Assembly: GCF_964355755.1 (NCBI RefSeq)
Contig: NC_092672.1
Coordinates: 17,807,237-17,871,236 of the forward strand
DNA length: 64,000 nucleotides
Direction: 5' to 3'
From: Antedon mediterranea
Taxonomy: Eukaryota; Animalia; Echinodermata
Numbering within the stretch: the first letter of the stretch is position 1; every line of letters starts with the position of its first letter. The notes beneath the pieces were generated by a model. The model searched no databases. It was not told where the DNA came from and was given only the letters and a program-made list of their open reading frames with translations. Made by a program: the position numbers and the translations under genes. Shown piece by piece: positions 1 through 13,707 of the stretch.

Positions 1-744
1 TATGCAATAACTGATTCTTTTAATGGTTTCTTTATACAAATTAAACAAATTCTTTACTGTTTATAATTGTACTTTTGCTTATAATAATGCTAGAAAATGT
101 TGTTGAAGATTTTTATGATCAAATTGTAAGATTTTAAAACATTGCTGCAGATAACCACATTTGTCACTAAATGTATAGCGTTCTTGTATTGTATTCAAAT
201 TCAGTACCTTTAAAATTTAGATTACCGTATTTATTGTTCATGAGGGTTTTTAAGGGTGGTTTGGGAGTGCGTTTATTCAAGGAAGGTGTTTATTCGAGGG
301 AGGAGTTTATTTGTGGATGGTGGTAATTTTATTAATGATATAAAATTCATTTCACAACTTTAAAAAAGGTACGTTACATGATTTGTTTTCCTCTTTTTTA
401 CCTCTCTTAGAATAAAATTAACACTGTCACAGGTTCCATTAAACCGATCCTCTCCAGGTGCCAGTATAATGATATAAAAAAATTACACATCATTATTATG
501 ATACACCTAATTGCACTCCCATTGTTCATTTGAATCTTTCTATCATCCGTCTGTTTGACTACAATTTGCATATTTTCGTATGCCAATACATATAGTTTCA
601 TGACTATTGTACAGTACAATGTCCAGCTGTCCTGAAACACTCTACACACAGTTGTGTTCTGTAGTATGATTTTATCATGATCCATTGGCCATCAAAATAA
701 AAAAATACAAAATATTCATATAAAGTATGATAAAATTACAATTA

Positions 745-1098
745 GGCCAAGAAAAAAAAAATTATTGTGTAAATCCCAAAAATGGGTAGGTCGGTAGGAA
801 AAGTTTCATAGCTCACGCTAGCTATAAATTTTTTTTTTTTACAAAAGTTTAAAAAAGGTTTATTAAATAAACATGCCTATAATAGCTTTTTGCGGCATAT
901 AAGCCTAGGGTTGCTTGGCCTACTAGCTACCATTTTTAAACCTAAAACCAAAAACATCGAGGTGAAATATATTTGCCAATTTGGCGAATAAGACAATATT
1001 TTTCACCATTTGGTTTCAAAATTGCTGTTTGACTCACAAAAAAAAGCCGACCTTCATTTTTTTTCAGTTTAGTGGCCAACACAATATTTTTTCTTGCC
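745..1098. mobile_element. PIF/Harbinger-like MITE
   Basis: imperfect TIR GGC(C)AAGAAAAAA..ATTGTGT; TTA on both flanks (742-744, 1099-1101). Confidence 0.55.
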
Positions 1099-1552
1099 TT
1101 ATGCCCAAAATAGTTTTAGATAGGCCTGCCTACTATTAAAGTAGCGAATAGGCGCCCAACATTGGTAGGGTACGCATGGGGGATAAGCCTCTAGCTAGGT
1201 GGGACCGGAGGGAAGAGGCTACTATTATTAATACTATTATTTATTTTGTGATAACCTTGACCTTGAAATGCTACACAGATAGCCTAGGGCTATATTTCAA
1301 CCAAATAAACAAATAATAATAAAACAAATCAACAAATAAATCTATGAACTTATCAAATACACCGTTGCTAGCCAGCCTAGAGAATTAATTACTGTCTGTG
1401 GTCTGGTTTAAAATTTAAAGCAAGGCGGGAAAGAGATGCGTAATTATCCACCCGCCATTGAGTTCCCTAATTATCGTGCTGCGTACTATATATTGTCATG
1501 GCACACGCCTACAATAAATTATTTATTACTAACTCTATGATAATTAATTACA

Positions 1553-1590
1553 CTAGAGGGTGAGCTCGCTTCGCTTGCTCCCCTCTAGGA
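1553..1590 (-). mobile_element. Helitron-type 3' terminus; body extent unresolved
   Basis: hairpin containing gctcgcttcgct followed by CTAG|t on -, the same motif as the Helitron end at 48928. Confidence 0.45.
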
Positions 1591-2021
1591 AGTGTAGACA
1601 ATGGTTTTCGGAATGATAATGTTCTCCTTGTATGTTTTCTGTCGGTTACCATTATTGAAAATGCTTGACATTCGTAAAACTAAACTACTCTGTTTCACAG
1701 TGTCTTAGATGATTAATAACATTTTAAAGTTTAGCGTTTATTGTTTGGTAGGGACCTTATAGGGCGGAGGTGAGGAGGCGTGAGGAGGAGTTCATTTGAG
1801 GGAGGTGCTTATTTGAGGACGTTTATTAGATAGTTGGGTTGGGGGGGGGGGGTTGATTATTATTCAAATTGATGTTTTATTGGAGAGGCGTTTATTCAAA
1901 TAAATACCATCCTAATAATTATTAATACATTATTTAATTTAAACATCTTTTGAAACTAACTGCCATGACAGAGTGGGCCGTTTCGGCCCAAGAACGAAGA
2001 CATTACGGCTTGCAACATGGG

Positions 2022-2295
2022 CAGACATCTCGGTCCTAACGGGACACAGATAGCCTACAGTTATTCCTGCCAGCTTACTCGATAAAACTCGGCTATCAGG
2101 ATTTTACTCGATTTTAAACAAAATGTCTTATCAAATCTCCCTATGTAATTTTATAATACTATTCCCCACAATATCAGACATCTCGGTCCTAACGGGACAC
2201 AGATAGCCTACAGTTATTCCTGCCAGTACTCAATAAAACTCAGCTATTGGGATTTCACTCAATTTTAAACAAAATGTCTTATCATCAAATCTCCA
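2022..2295. repeat. direct tandem duplication, period 153 bp
   Basis: cagacatctcggtcctaacgggacacagatagcctacagttattcctgccag at 2022 and 2175. Confidence 0.85.
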
Positions 2296-4559
2296 CAATA
2301 TATTCCAATTCTTTATGGCGTATATTTAATTTGATCTTTATTCATTTGCAGTATAATTTTTATTTTTTAAATACTGTACCTTCACAATCACACGCGCGGT
2401 CCGTTCCTAAAATAAACAAAAAACTGAAATGGCTATGATAATGGCCAACTTTAGCTCAAGTCCTACTATCAGTTTTTTTCTTCTGTCTTCCAAAGGGACA
2501 CTGTATTGATTGATGGAAAGTGCCTGTTTCCAGTCATCTTTAGGGTCAAATCTATTATTTTAACTGCTCCCTTTTGTATAAAAGAGAGAAAATAGTTGAA
2601 ACCAGGTTGTTGCGAGGTGAACTCATTGTAAACCCGGAAATTACTTTGACCGCGAAGAATTGAAATTGAGTTGAAAATCTACTGTTGAAATCATAAATTT
2701 TGTTAAAAAACTCTTTATAATATCTTCCTAAGATAAAAATATGGAAAAATAGTGTCGAACTGAAAACTAATGTTATCAAATCTACGTTTCGCGGTACATC
2801 TGAGATAGATAAGGTGGAGATTTGTACCAAAGTTTTCCCATTGTGCTCGCCTATGTCAGAATTAACCAATTTTTAATAGATGCTCATAATACTTACAGGC
2901 CATGCCAAATTGTAACGCTGTGTTAGGCTCACTTCAAAAATAATAAAAACATTGTATTTAAGAATTTTACTTAAAAAATCCAATTCCATAAAACAAATGA
3001 AAGCTTAAAACTGTCGTCACGACAACTACTGTGGCTGCTAAAAATTTCCCAAGCCTAATGAGTCTAGTCGGTTTCTAAATATACAGCTGAGCTTGGTTAA
3101 GGTACCGCTGCCCTGGATACACAAAGAGGGATGCCGAAAAGACCATGTGACTGTGTCAATGAACTGAACGGGTAGACTGAATTCCTTTCTCGTGACTCAC
3201 CTGCTTTATGTTTGTTTTTGTAGACATAGCTCTCCAGCAATTGCAGGTTTTTAAAAAACATTATTTAATTTAATATAGATTACCACAGTACTTCTTTTTT
3301 ATTAACAAATTAAATTAGTAAAACAAAAACAAGTAACTGGGTTTATCCCAGGACAACCATCATCATTATGTGTTTTAATTTATCTTTTCTGGAAACAATT
3401 CAGAAATATCTCATAAATGTGAATTATATTTTGAATAATTAGGTTATTATCGATGATGCAATGAATGATTCGATCCTTAATGTTATAGGAGGTGATTATT
3501 GATCGGATGGTGATTGATTGTGATAGGAAATCAGCTCGTTAGTATCACTGAAGATGCAGTGTTAAATTTAATGATAGAACAATGTCATTAACTAATAATC
3601 AAAAGTAGCCATAGTGACACAGCAAAGGGTGTGGCACATAAGTAACCCGTTTTTAAATGCAGCGGCTAATTTGATCATGAGTACAAAGACAACTCAACAA
3701 GTCAACGCAAACACATTTATCAATATTAATAAAATAATAATTTACCGTCTGTTACGAATTATCCCAGTAAATTATTACTCTGACGAATTCGAAATTAGAT
3801 GTTAAAAATCCACCAATACACTAAATATTAAGATTGTGGCAGAGAAGTGTTAAACAATTAATCCCACTATCTGTGGAATCATCCAAATAGTCCCGTCGTA
3901 ATATAGCAAGTTAATAATGCCAGTTTGGGCAATGGAAGGCACAAAAATATACCGTCTATGCTAAATCAATGTGATCCAGATTCCTGTTCATTCAGAATTT
4001 GCACTTAAAATCTCGGTTGGCCGATCGACGGCGTCACAAACAAAATCCTGTCTATCCCAAATTATCTCCCGATATATTAATGATAAATCCCACTGTGTTG
4101 GTGGATCCCAAACAAATCTTGTTCATTCAGAATTTGCGCTAAATATCCCGGTTGGTCAACGAGATCCTGAAAAAGATCCCGCTCAACGAAAATTTGAGCT
4201 AAAAAATCCTGACGACCTGCTGGAATCCTAAAAAAATCAGGATTATCTCGAAATTATGATCCCGATAATAAATCCCATCAGGATGACCAAATCCCGGCAA
4301 GATTCAGCGATTCGAATGAGATCCCGACGGGATTGCTCAAAATTCAAAACAAATGTTAGAAGGTTTTACCGATTTAAGGCTAATTTTTCACCAAATATCA
4401 GGTTATTTTTCGTGAAACTCTTTCATTTTAGCATTTAGCTTATGGTGTCAAAAAGTATTATGTTTGATGAGACAGGATGTTGTTTCTATATAAAACAATA
4501 CTCTAAGAAAATTAGTATACTTACTTACTTACCGTTTTTGATATCTTTTTCTCGTACAG

Positions 4560-4691
4560 GTAGATAAAACTGATGATGTTGAAAGTCAAATTGTAAAAGA
4601 TTTGTCAAAAATATCGAAGAAAGAAAAACTTCAACATCTGGAAAAGGATTCACCAGAACTGTTTTTACTTATTGAAGAATTCAAAACAAAG
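4560..4691 (+). CDS. UTP3: UTP3/SAS10 (SSU processome) internal coding exon, first visible in window
   Basis: tacag|GTA...AAG|gtaagc, 132 nt, phase 0-0; VDKTDDVESQIVKDLSKISKKEKLQHLEKDSPELFLLIEEFKTK matches the Sas10 KDLS..S..EKL..L..DSPEL motif. Confidence 0.9.
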
Positions 4692-5059
4692 GTAAGCAAT
4701 TATATAATTCATTCATTTATAATTAAAAATATTCATCTAGGTTTTAATATCCAGGAGTTCATTTTGCAAAAACTAAAAAATTAGCAAGCGTTTTTTAGAT
4801 CTAATTTAAGGTCACAAACTAAATTTAATGTAAAAATAAATACTTTATTGTTTTATTGCTTTTTTCCTCTTTAAATAGTTAACAAGGCTATATACATGGC
4901 TGCAGTTGCGTGCTTATTTGTTTACTGACTGACCGACCGACCGACCAACTGACCTACATAGTCAGCTGTAAAGTCGCTGTGCGAAAAATAAGTTGATTCT
5001 AATAATTTAAGTAGCCCGCTAAATATCCCAACATGCATTGCGTGCGGATTGATATTTTA

Positions 5060-5400
5060 TTTAGTTTTTCTTCTGTAATTCAATCACTTGTGTGTCAATT
5101 GATATCCAAGGAGCAAGGTGGTTGGCTCTAGATAGTTTTTTTGTGGATACAATTATTCACAGCCTCTTTACAGCCAGATGTAGACTCTTTCCAGATATTT
5201 TCAGGATTGCTTTTCCTCTTCGTCATACTTGGATACAAAATGGTCAGCCAGTTGTTTAATTGAGGTGCGAAAATAGTTCCTCAGCCTTAGCCTTGGTGTA
5301 CAGGACCAATAGTCGCTGTGAATGTTTGGTCCTTATGGCATAGATATTGGCCTCTAGGTATACAATGTCATGGTCAGAAATTCCTGGTAACACTTCAACT
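5060..5400 (-). mobile_element. LINE APE-endonuclease C-terminal relic, continued at about 10968-10990
   Basis: SQIPR|VEVLPGISDHDIVYLEANI reads through once 5401-10967 is removed; downstream PWI motif; stops present. Confidence 0.65.
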
Positions 5401-8400
5401 TAGACCGGCAGCCCGGAGACATTTGGTTAGATGAGCTAGGTACCAATATCTGACTATTTAAGTGTGTTGGGGGTCACTTTAAGTCAATGAAAATGGGAGT
5501 CTGCCGGGTACCCCCTGCTGCGTCTAGACCGGGGACCCCGAAATTGACCCCGGTTAGATGAGAGAGATACCACCTAATTTTACCAACATGGGATGCCCAT
5601 TGACATCCTTATACCAGTATCACAAACGACAGACTTTTTCTCTGCTGCAAAAGGCCCGCCAGAATACTAAATGGATAACAACAGACTAATTGTCTGCTGC
5701 ATCGCAAGTGCCAGACACCCTAAAGTTAGACTAGAGACCCCCCTTCCCCCAACTAGCTTAGATATTGTAGATACCATCAGCAACCAATGTTATATGATTT
5801 AGCACATTGTAAGCAATACCAAATGACCTATTACAGACTATCTGTACACTGCCTTGGCCCTGGCAGACCCCTCTAAAGTTAGACTAGAGACCCCCCTTTC
5901 CCCAACTATCCCAGCTTAGATATTGTAGATACCGCCAGCAACCAATGAATATGATTTAGCACATTGTAAGCAATACCAAATGACCTATTACAGACTAGTA
6001 CACTGCCTTGGCCCTGGCAGACCCCTCTAAAGTTCGACTAGAGACCCCATTTACCCCAAGTATAGCCTACCTTAGATATTGTAGATACCACCAGCAGCAA
6101 AAAAAAAACACCTAAAACAACATGTTAAATTGAATAAAATATAACTTTAAATCGAACTAACACAAAACAATTGAAAATATATCACATCAATGACGATAAA
6201 ATGACCATTACATATATAACAAGTACAGATTCGGGAAAATTTTTTTTTTGGTTTCTCCGACGTACTGTTTTCCACAAATATTACAGTATATGAGATAAAT
6301 GATGTTTTTGGTTAAACAATTAATTGATTGTCTTATCCCAAAAATACGACCAGTTTGGTTACTCTTAAATTTGTCATTAGAATCAACCAATGAACAAGAT
6401 TTGCCTCAAAGGTGACTTTTTTTTTGTCAAACTAGTTTGATAGTGTAAACATAACTTAATATCAATGAACTGTTTCATTAGAATATGAGATTTCAATTAA
6501 ATTTGGATCTGACTAATATATCACGAAGGTTGGGAGGTCTACGAAATGCAATAATGGGTGGTTCCGGAAAAACAGTTCTGAGACGTTCTGTGGACTGTAG
6601 AATGGGCATATGTTTCTCAATAAATTAATAGCCCGTAATGGAGGCAACCTAGGGCGATAGGTTGTGACCAATGGCACTCTGGTCGAACTTGGCTGACGTA
6701 GTTTGTACGTCAGTGTTTGACATCGAGGAATATCTTTTGCTTTCTTTATAGCAGTTTCGATGTATTCCTTCTTGTAATTTCTATTCCGGAGATGTCCGGT
6801 TAGTTCTGAAGAACAGATGTCTGATACGTAATGCTTTACTGTTCGGTATGTTTTTAGTACAGTATTGGGGATGACAACTGCTAGGGAGCAGGTACATATT
6901 TTTGTCTGTGGGTTTACGGATAAAAAAATCAACGCTACTACTAGTGGATTTGGTAGCTGTAAATTTGATAGTTGGGTGGGCTGAATTAATATTGAGAAGA
7001 AAAAATTCAAAATTATCTTCGTCAATGTATCTATATATATTTTATTTATGGCGATCCTGTTTTTTCTTTACACTGTTGGATCTTGAATAAATAAATATCA
7101 TCCCCATATTCAGAAATTTTCTCTGTAGCAGTGCCATTGCCCAAAATAATGGGTCTACCAGGATTGCCTGCTTTGTGGATTTTAGGTAGGAAATAATATC
7201 TGCCTGGAACTGGATTGACCTGTGCCAAATGAGGTCCAATCTTAGGATCGATGGAGTGTTTTTTTCCATCACAGAAACAGATTTGGCCACCTTATCCGCA
7301 ATTTCCGGGGTGGGATCCGTTTACAATATATAATGAAGAGGATTGTTTAGCTGTCTAAGGATTCCTCTTCATAAAATTTGATGTCCATAGCACCAATGGC
7401 AGAACCTTTATCAGCGGGTTTAATGATGATATCATTACGCTGACGCAACTTGGCAATGGCCTGCCTCTCTTGTTTTGAGAGATTGTCACGTTTATCGGGA
7501 CTCGGGACGTAGTTTTGTACATCCTCCTCAATAGCCTGGATAAATGTTTCTAAAGCTGGACAACGATTTTTAGGTGGATTCCAGGAACTATTTGGTTTAA
7601 ATTTGTTAACGTTGCCTTCGTTTTACGTGGTGCTGCTGTCTGAATCAGCAAAATATTCACGTAATCGTAATCTTCTGGAGAAAGACTCTATATCCAAAGA
7701 TAGTTGTTGTGCGCCGACCTGCCTTGGTTTGGGGCAGAATTTAAGTCCTCGGGAAAGACGTTTTTTCTCTCCTTTAGAAAGTCGACAATTTTAACAACTG
7801 AATCAGAGGTGTTGCCCTTATTCTTGTGATAAGTCCCAACGAACCTTCTGCAGGGTTTCCTAAAAGCCCTGAAGTCATTCGAAGGTAGAGTCATTTGTGT
7901 TGAAATGACTAAGTCTGCAGGTAGACCAAATTTGTGATGTCCCCTTCAGGCCATTACCGTTGATTGCTTACGGCAATCATTGACAATAATCCTGAGTTTG
8001 TTTTGAAACTCGGATGCAGGAAGTTCTCTTTTTAACTTCTTAGTTCTAGATTAAATTTCAACGTCAAACTCAGTGAGGATTTTGCGGCAATTGCCAATTT
8101 GGATCTCATTGAGTTGACAAGCATTTTTGTAAAAGATTATACTAATTTTGTTCAAGTACCTTTTTTAATAGATACAGTACTACATATCTATATAAACTAC
8201 ATAAAAAAATTAATATATATAATTTTTTTTTCAATATTTTTTAAAGATCGTTTAACGTGAAAGACAGGGTAATAGACGTCCGTGTTCCATCTTAAATATT
8301 CGCTCTTGATTCCAATTGAGCACTTTTGCAGCCTCAACGCATCTATATAAATATATATATATAAATATCTGGGGTAGCACTAACATTTCATTTTGTTTAG

Positions 8401-10967
8401 CCATTTGGCGAAAGTCAAAATATTTTTTATAGTCAAATCAGTTTATCTATAGTCAAAATGGCTAAAGTAAATTTTTTTTATTTAGCCAAATGAATCGGTT
8501 TTTAGCCAAAATTTAAAATTGTTGAAATATAATGGCAAAAACATTTTAGTCAATTTATCTATGTCAACAGGTCTATACATTGAACGTTTTTGTAAGGCAT
8601 TGAGAAGAACCGCCTAAATCACTGTATGATTTTAAAAAAATAATATTTTTTTTGTATTTTTTTACATGATTAAAACAATTGTTCAAATTGTTTTTAATCA
8701 TACAGTTACCAATTTGATAAAGAAACATTTTACAGTTTTCTGAAATTCCCTGAACGCTATGTTACTTTTGTTTTTTACGCTTGGCTGGTCATGTTTGTGT
8801 GTGACGGCTTCCATCGCGTACCCAAGCGAAAATCGTGTCCTAGACTTCACGGTCATTCAGCATCACCGCCGCGCAGCGGGTTAATGTTTTTAAATTGGGT
8901 ATGCTCAAGAGGTGCGAAAGTGCAGAACCGCCGGCCTAGGCCTACAAAATTATGTACAACAACGGTATATCGTATGTTAAAAATATTGAGGAAAATTCCT
9001 AGCAAACGAACGCTCGTATCGTTGTTGAACGTAAGATAATATAGGCCAAACACGTCTTTCCATCCCTCAAGTCTGCGCCGAAGCGTTTCTGTCAGTGCGA
9101 GAAATTTATCCCGATTATTATTTATTTACACAACACGGAAGCCGCTCAGATGCACGTGTGTGTTTAGCTAAATCCCCGTTAGACTCTACCATTTCCCGCA
9201 TGTTGTTTTGTTTACACTGACGCACGAGGGAAGTTTATTAAGGGTAAAATATGAAACTACATTAAACTGGAAGACTCTAAAATGCATAACGCATACATTT
9301 TTTATTTCGATAAGATTAAGACGTCATTCATCGAAGATACTATAATGTTTCTTTTTAATCTGAAAAGTACACCCCTATCAAAAAATAGACAATCCCGGTA
9401 ATTAGCCGACCGTCGGCTACGTAGTAGTCGTTTGTGCAGCGCACAACACCTGATAGTTTGGGTAGACTTCATCATCCATGTGTCGTGTAACGTCTGTCTC
9501 TCTGTGCAGTCTACCTCTGCTATCTCCATTTTTTTTAAATAACAAAGAGACGCCTGGTACAACGAAACGAATTACGATCATCTCGGTCGCGTTTCATTTC
9601 GGTCGCGTGTCAATTAAGGTCAATTTTCAACAATATCGATCGTGGTGTATGGCGCGTCAATTATGCATAAAGCATACGAAAATGGATGCTATTGTAGGAT
9701 TGAGACCCTTTCAGCAGTCGGTACGTGTAGCCGTTCGAATTTATAAACCCAACGAAGTTGACGAAAAATGGAGCTTGAAGTAAACAACGTGATAACGAAC
9801 AAAATAAATGCTTGGAGATTGACAAATGGACCTTTTAGTTGGACTTTATGCTTTGGCCAAAATGATTATTTAATTATCTATTTTATCATATGTCATCGCC
9901 AAAATGGCTATAGTAGCCGTTTTATTTTTCGCCAATCTGGAAACGTTTTAGCTTTCTCTTAAAGTAGGTCCAAGAGTTACAGACGAATGTATCTTTGACA
10001 TCCAAAGGCTAGGAATGCTAAATTCGCACTTGTTATATATATTTGGCTTATATATATAAGTTTTAAATGAAACTCTTAAACTATTTTTCACTTTAGAATG
10101 GTATGGTCATTTTATCGTCATTGATGTTATATATTTTCAATTGTTTTGTGTTAGTTCGATTGAAGTTCAACTTTATTCAATTAAACATGTTGTTTTAAGT
10201 GGTTTTTTTTGCTGCTGGTGGTATCTACAATATCTAAGGTAGGCTATACTTGGGGTAAATGGGGTCTCTAGTCATTTGGTATTGCTTACAATGTGCTAAA
10301 TCATATAACATTGTTTGCTAGTGGTATCTATAATATCTAAGCTGGGCTAGTTGAGAAAAGAGGGGTCTCTAGTCTAACTTTAGAGGGGTCTGCCAGGGCC
10401 AGAGCAGTGTACAGATAGTCTGTAATAGGTCATTTGGTATTGCTTACAATGTGCTAAATCATATAACACTGGTTGCTGGTGGTATCTACAATATCTAAGC
10501 TGGGCTAGTTGGGGGAAGGGGTCTCTAGTCTAACTTTAGGGTGTCTGGCACTTGCGATGCAGCAGACAATTAGTCTGTTGTTATCCATTTAGTATTGTAT
10601 GAACACAACTTGTTCATTTGGCATTAATTTTGAGTGGTACCTCACTCATCTATGCTAACCCCATTTTAGGCCCTCCCTCGGGGGGGGGGGGGGGTCTGGC
10701 GGGCCTTTTGCAGCAGAGAAAAAGTCTGTCGTTTGTGATACTGGTATAAGGATGTCAATGGGCATCCCATGGTGAATTATGTGGTATCTCTCCCATCTAA
10801 CCGGGTTCGATTCTTTAGCACGTTTCGGGGTCACCCCGGTCTAGATGCAGCAGGGGGTATCCGGCAGACTCCCATTTTCATTGACTTAAAGTGACCCCCA
10901 ACACACTTAAATAGTCAGATATTGGTACCTAGCTCATCTAACCAAATGTCTCTGGGCTGCCGGTCTA
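5401..10967. mobile_element. non-autonomous long-TIR DNA transposon, possibly Academ-type
   Basis: TIRs of about 0.8 kb (5401-6207 and about 10105-10967) starting TAGACCGGCAGCCC, internal subrepeats of about 120 bp, 3-bp TSD ACT; no transposase seen. Confidence 0.8.
6230..8150 (-). mobile_element. Penelope-like retroelement relic (Neptune-like), RT plus truncated GIY-YIG
   Basis: IIIKPADKGSA (about 7400-7435), PGRYYFLPKIHKAGNPGRPII, RKPTD..YL..SCHP..KNIPYS, NIIYLIYCNICGKQYVGET; frameshifts and deletions. Confidence 0.85.
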
Positions 10968-10989
10968 ACTCTTGGAATTTTGAGAAGTA

Positions 10990-11822
10990 AAATTAATTTG
11001 TCAAAACCAAATTGTTTACTCACGATTGATTAATATTTTGTCTCAACACTTCGAGAGACTTCGTCAGAATGGCCACGATCTTCTTTTCCGAGAAATCGAT
11101 CCACTATGACATAAATCCGTAGACTCTTTCGCAGTCGTAGATTTCTTGGAAAAGGGTGTTAAAAGAGGATCGTAAACGTGACTTAGGAGGTAGGTGCCCT
11201 CCTCTCTGTTGAGTGTCTTTGTGCCCCTTCTTCTGATGTCTATGGCTTCTCTGATTTCACGTGACTTTTTGTCATGTTCTTTTCCAAGGATTTTGGGTTC
11301 CTCCCAGTTAATAACATGGTTATTGCTGGCTACGTGGTTTGAAATAGCGAGTATACCGTTTGTCATTAGCCTTTTTAAATTCAGCTTGATGTTCTGCTAG
11401 TCTAACTCCAAGGAGACGTGATGTTTCACCCATGTATGTGTGGTCACAGTTTTTGCATCCGATTTCATAGATGCAATTACTACATTGGAGGGTGTCTCTT
11501 GTGTCTTCGGAGATCCCGTTGACATAAGGCAACACAACCATGCCTCTGCTTTTATCCTTAGGAGATAAGGCTTTAGATTTGCTAGTCGTTGTTTATGTTT
11601 TTAAATCCATATTGTCTTTGACTTTATTCATGGCCCACTCCGGGTAGCCACAGATCTTAAGAGCAGCGCGAATCTTTTCTTCCTCAATTTTCATGTCTTC
11701 GGGTTCCGTAACAACCGAGTTCATCCGGTCAAACAGAGTCCTTATGACACCCATTTTTTGATAGTTCAGACATGAAATTCAAGTATTGGTCCGTATGTGT
11801 TTGTTTTCTATAGACCAAAAGT
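10990..11822 (-). mobile_element. Penelope-like retroelement 3' part (Poseidon-like) with pLTR
   Basis: VYRKQTHTDQYLNF, CIYEIGCKNCDHTYMGETSR...RLAEH, REIREAI...LNREEGTYLLSHVYDPLL; frameshifted. Confidence 0.85.
11025..11070 (-). ncRNA. degenerate type I hammerhead ribozyme motif in Penelope pLTR
   Basis: CTGACGA-A-GTCTC-loop-GAGAC-AAAA; G12 of GAAA is mutated, so probably inactive. Confidence 0.55.
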
Positions 11823-12429
11823 TTTATTTAGAACAATGACAAACTGAAGACTGTAGTGTTATAGGTTCATTATATTATGTTGAATATACTGTAGGATGCT
11901 TCTCCGTGTGGTATTCCCATTCAGAGTATGACATTGGGGAATCAGATCTTCCTCTTTTTTTTTAGGACTATTGGACTTTTTTAAGAGATTACTTTTTGCA
12001 ATTTGAAATAAATGCTGTAGATTATGTGAATTGCTACTAAAATGATTTTTAAACATTCCCTACCAATTGTACATATTAACAAAGGAAGCATACAAAAAGA
12101 TAATGCAATCAAAGTAGACTTACCACTAAACAATAAATTGTAGAATAACTGAGGCTTGATTGTTGAAATATAAATGGTTCATTGTAAGATCATTAATAAT
12201 ATATTGATATAAACACAATCATCATACAAATACAGTTTATCTCGAAAAGAAGCTCATACTATCACCTTTTCGAGGTTTTATGGTATTCCATATTAACATG
12301 TATGTTATTTTCTCTTTCAAACTATTAAAACTTTTAGCCAATCAGAAGGTTCCATCATCATTAAACTAACCCAGCACAATATTTACCAATTGTATATACA
12401 ATTTAAGTCTATTAAGCATTTAATATAAT

Positions 12430-12976
12430 TAATATTATTATTTACGCCTATCAGGTCAAAGTTCAAAATTAGATGCATTTAAGACCAAAATAAACAACAT
12501 ACAGTATATTCACATAAAAATCAATAAATAAATGTCAAAGGTCATAAATTGTATTTCCAGTCATTTGTTTTGAAAATGTTTCATTACTACAAATATAAAT
12601 GTATTTGAACAAGATGACACCAAAATCGATTAAAAATGATCAGTAGTATCGATATATACAAATAAGAGGTCAAAGGTCAAACTGGAAGAAAACTCATTTC
12701 CGGTCATTTTTGGATGAAACTTTTCATTAGATCAAATAGAAATATGTGGTTTGTGAACAATTTAACACCAGAATCAAGTCTCTACTGTTTATAATTGCAA
12801 AAATATGAACACTTTTTGTTTTTATCGTGGCCATTTTGAAATCAAGATGGCCGCCATACCGGACGTTGGACACTTGGCACCCCTCGATATTTTGAATCTA
12901 TACATATATACATCGTTTCATGCTTTGGTAATAATGCACAACTTGGCTATTTTTATGGCGTTAACTGCTCTAACTA
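12430..12976. mobile_element. solo end of a long-TIR DNA transposon, Academ-like
   Basis: gaggtcaaaggtca and caagatggccgcc subterminal motifs, terminus ...gctctaacta (TAG on -); no partner end found. Confidence 0.3.
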
Positions 12977-13707
12977 TTAAGTATTTAATTAATAATATTC
13001 ATTAGAAACATTGTCAAAATATATTATTTTCAAAAAATGTTTTTCTTTTTTTCACCTTAAATATTACCGTTGCAAATTTGGAGCTTGTTTGTACACTGTA
13101 CAGTAATGTCCCATTGGCGACAGCTGCTGCAAATTCTGAAAAAAAAAAAATTGGGGGCCACTAGATTTTGATAAGGGCTACTAACATTTATTTGTTAGTA
13201 GACCTGCTGGCGCCTGATGTTTAGTGGTTAATTTCTAAACCTGCAAAAGAAGGGTGAATAAAGCTATCTGTACTCTACTATCAATTAAACAGTTCACTGT
13301 TTTCCCATTTACTTTGATTTTATTCATTGATCTTGACAAGGATGTTCAATCCCAGTGATTTTACCTTTCACACCAATACACTGGGCATCAACTCTGGAGT
13401 TTTGATTTTTGTGTAAAAAAGTAAAAAGTACATTGAGAACACACAGAAAATTAATTCGCGGGTAGGGCACCACACCCACGACCTCCAGTAGCCTAGCATT
13501 CACACCTCTAGACCATTGAGCTTGCACTGATACTGATAGCTGGTTTAGATTTGATCCCAAATAAGCAGCGGGTACTGCAACGATTATAATTGTATTTGAC
13601 TACAGTCGAGGAGCTCGGCGTCTGAGAGTTGAGTCAGATGTTTGAGACTCAAACCATGACCTCCAGATCAGCCAGTATTTTTTAGAAAATGTTCTTTGTA
13701 TTTCTAG

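Noticed and set aside
407-4438. Short ORFs before the first UTP3 exon as upstream UTP3 exons
   Set aside because: None shows the acidic Sas10 N-terminal character with usable splice sites; the 5' exons are presumably outside the window
8295-8331. Possible third hammerhead upstream of the Neptune-like relic (ctgcaaaagtGCTC...GAGCgaat on -)
   Set aside because: Both core boxes carry several mismatches; not supportable without a family consensus
13430-13680. Degenerate tRNA-like SINE heads on - (similar at about 34925-34992)
   Set aside because: A and B boxes are too decayed, and no body or TSD can be defined
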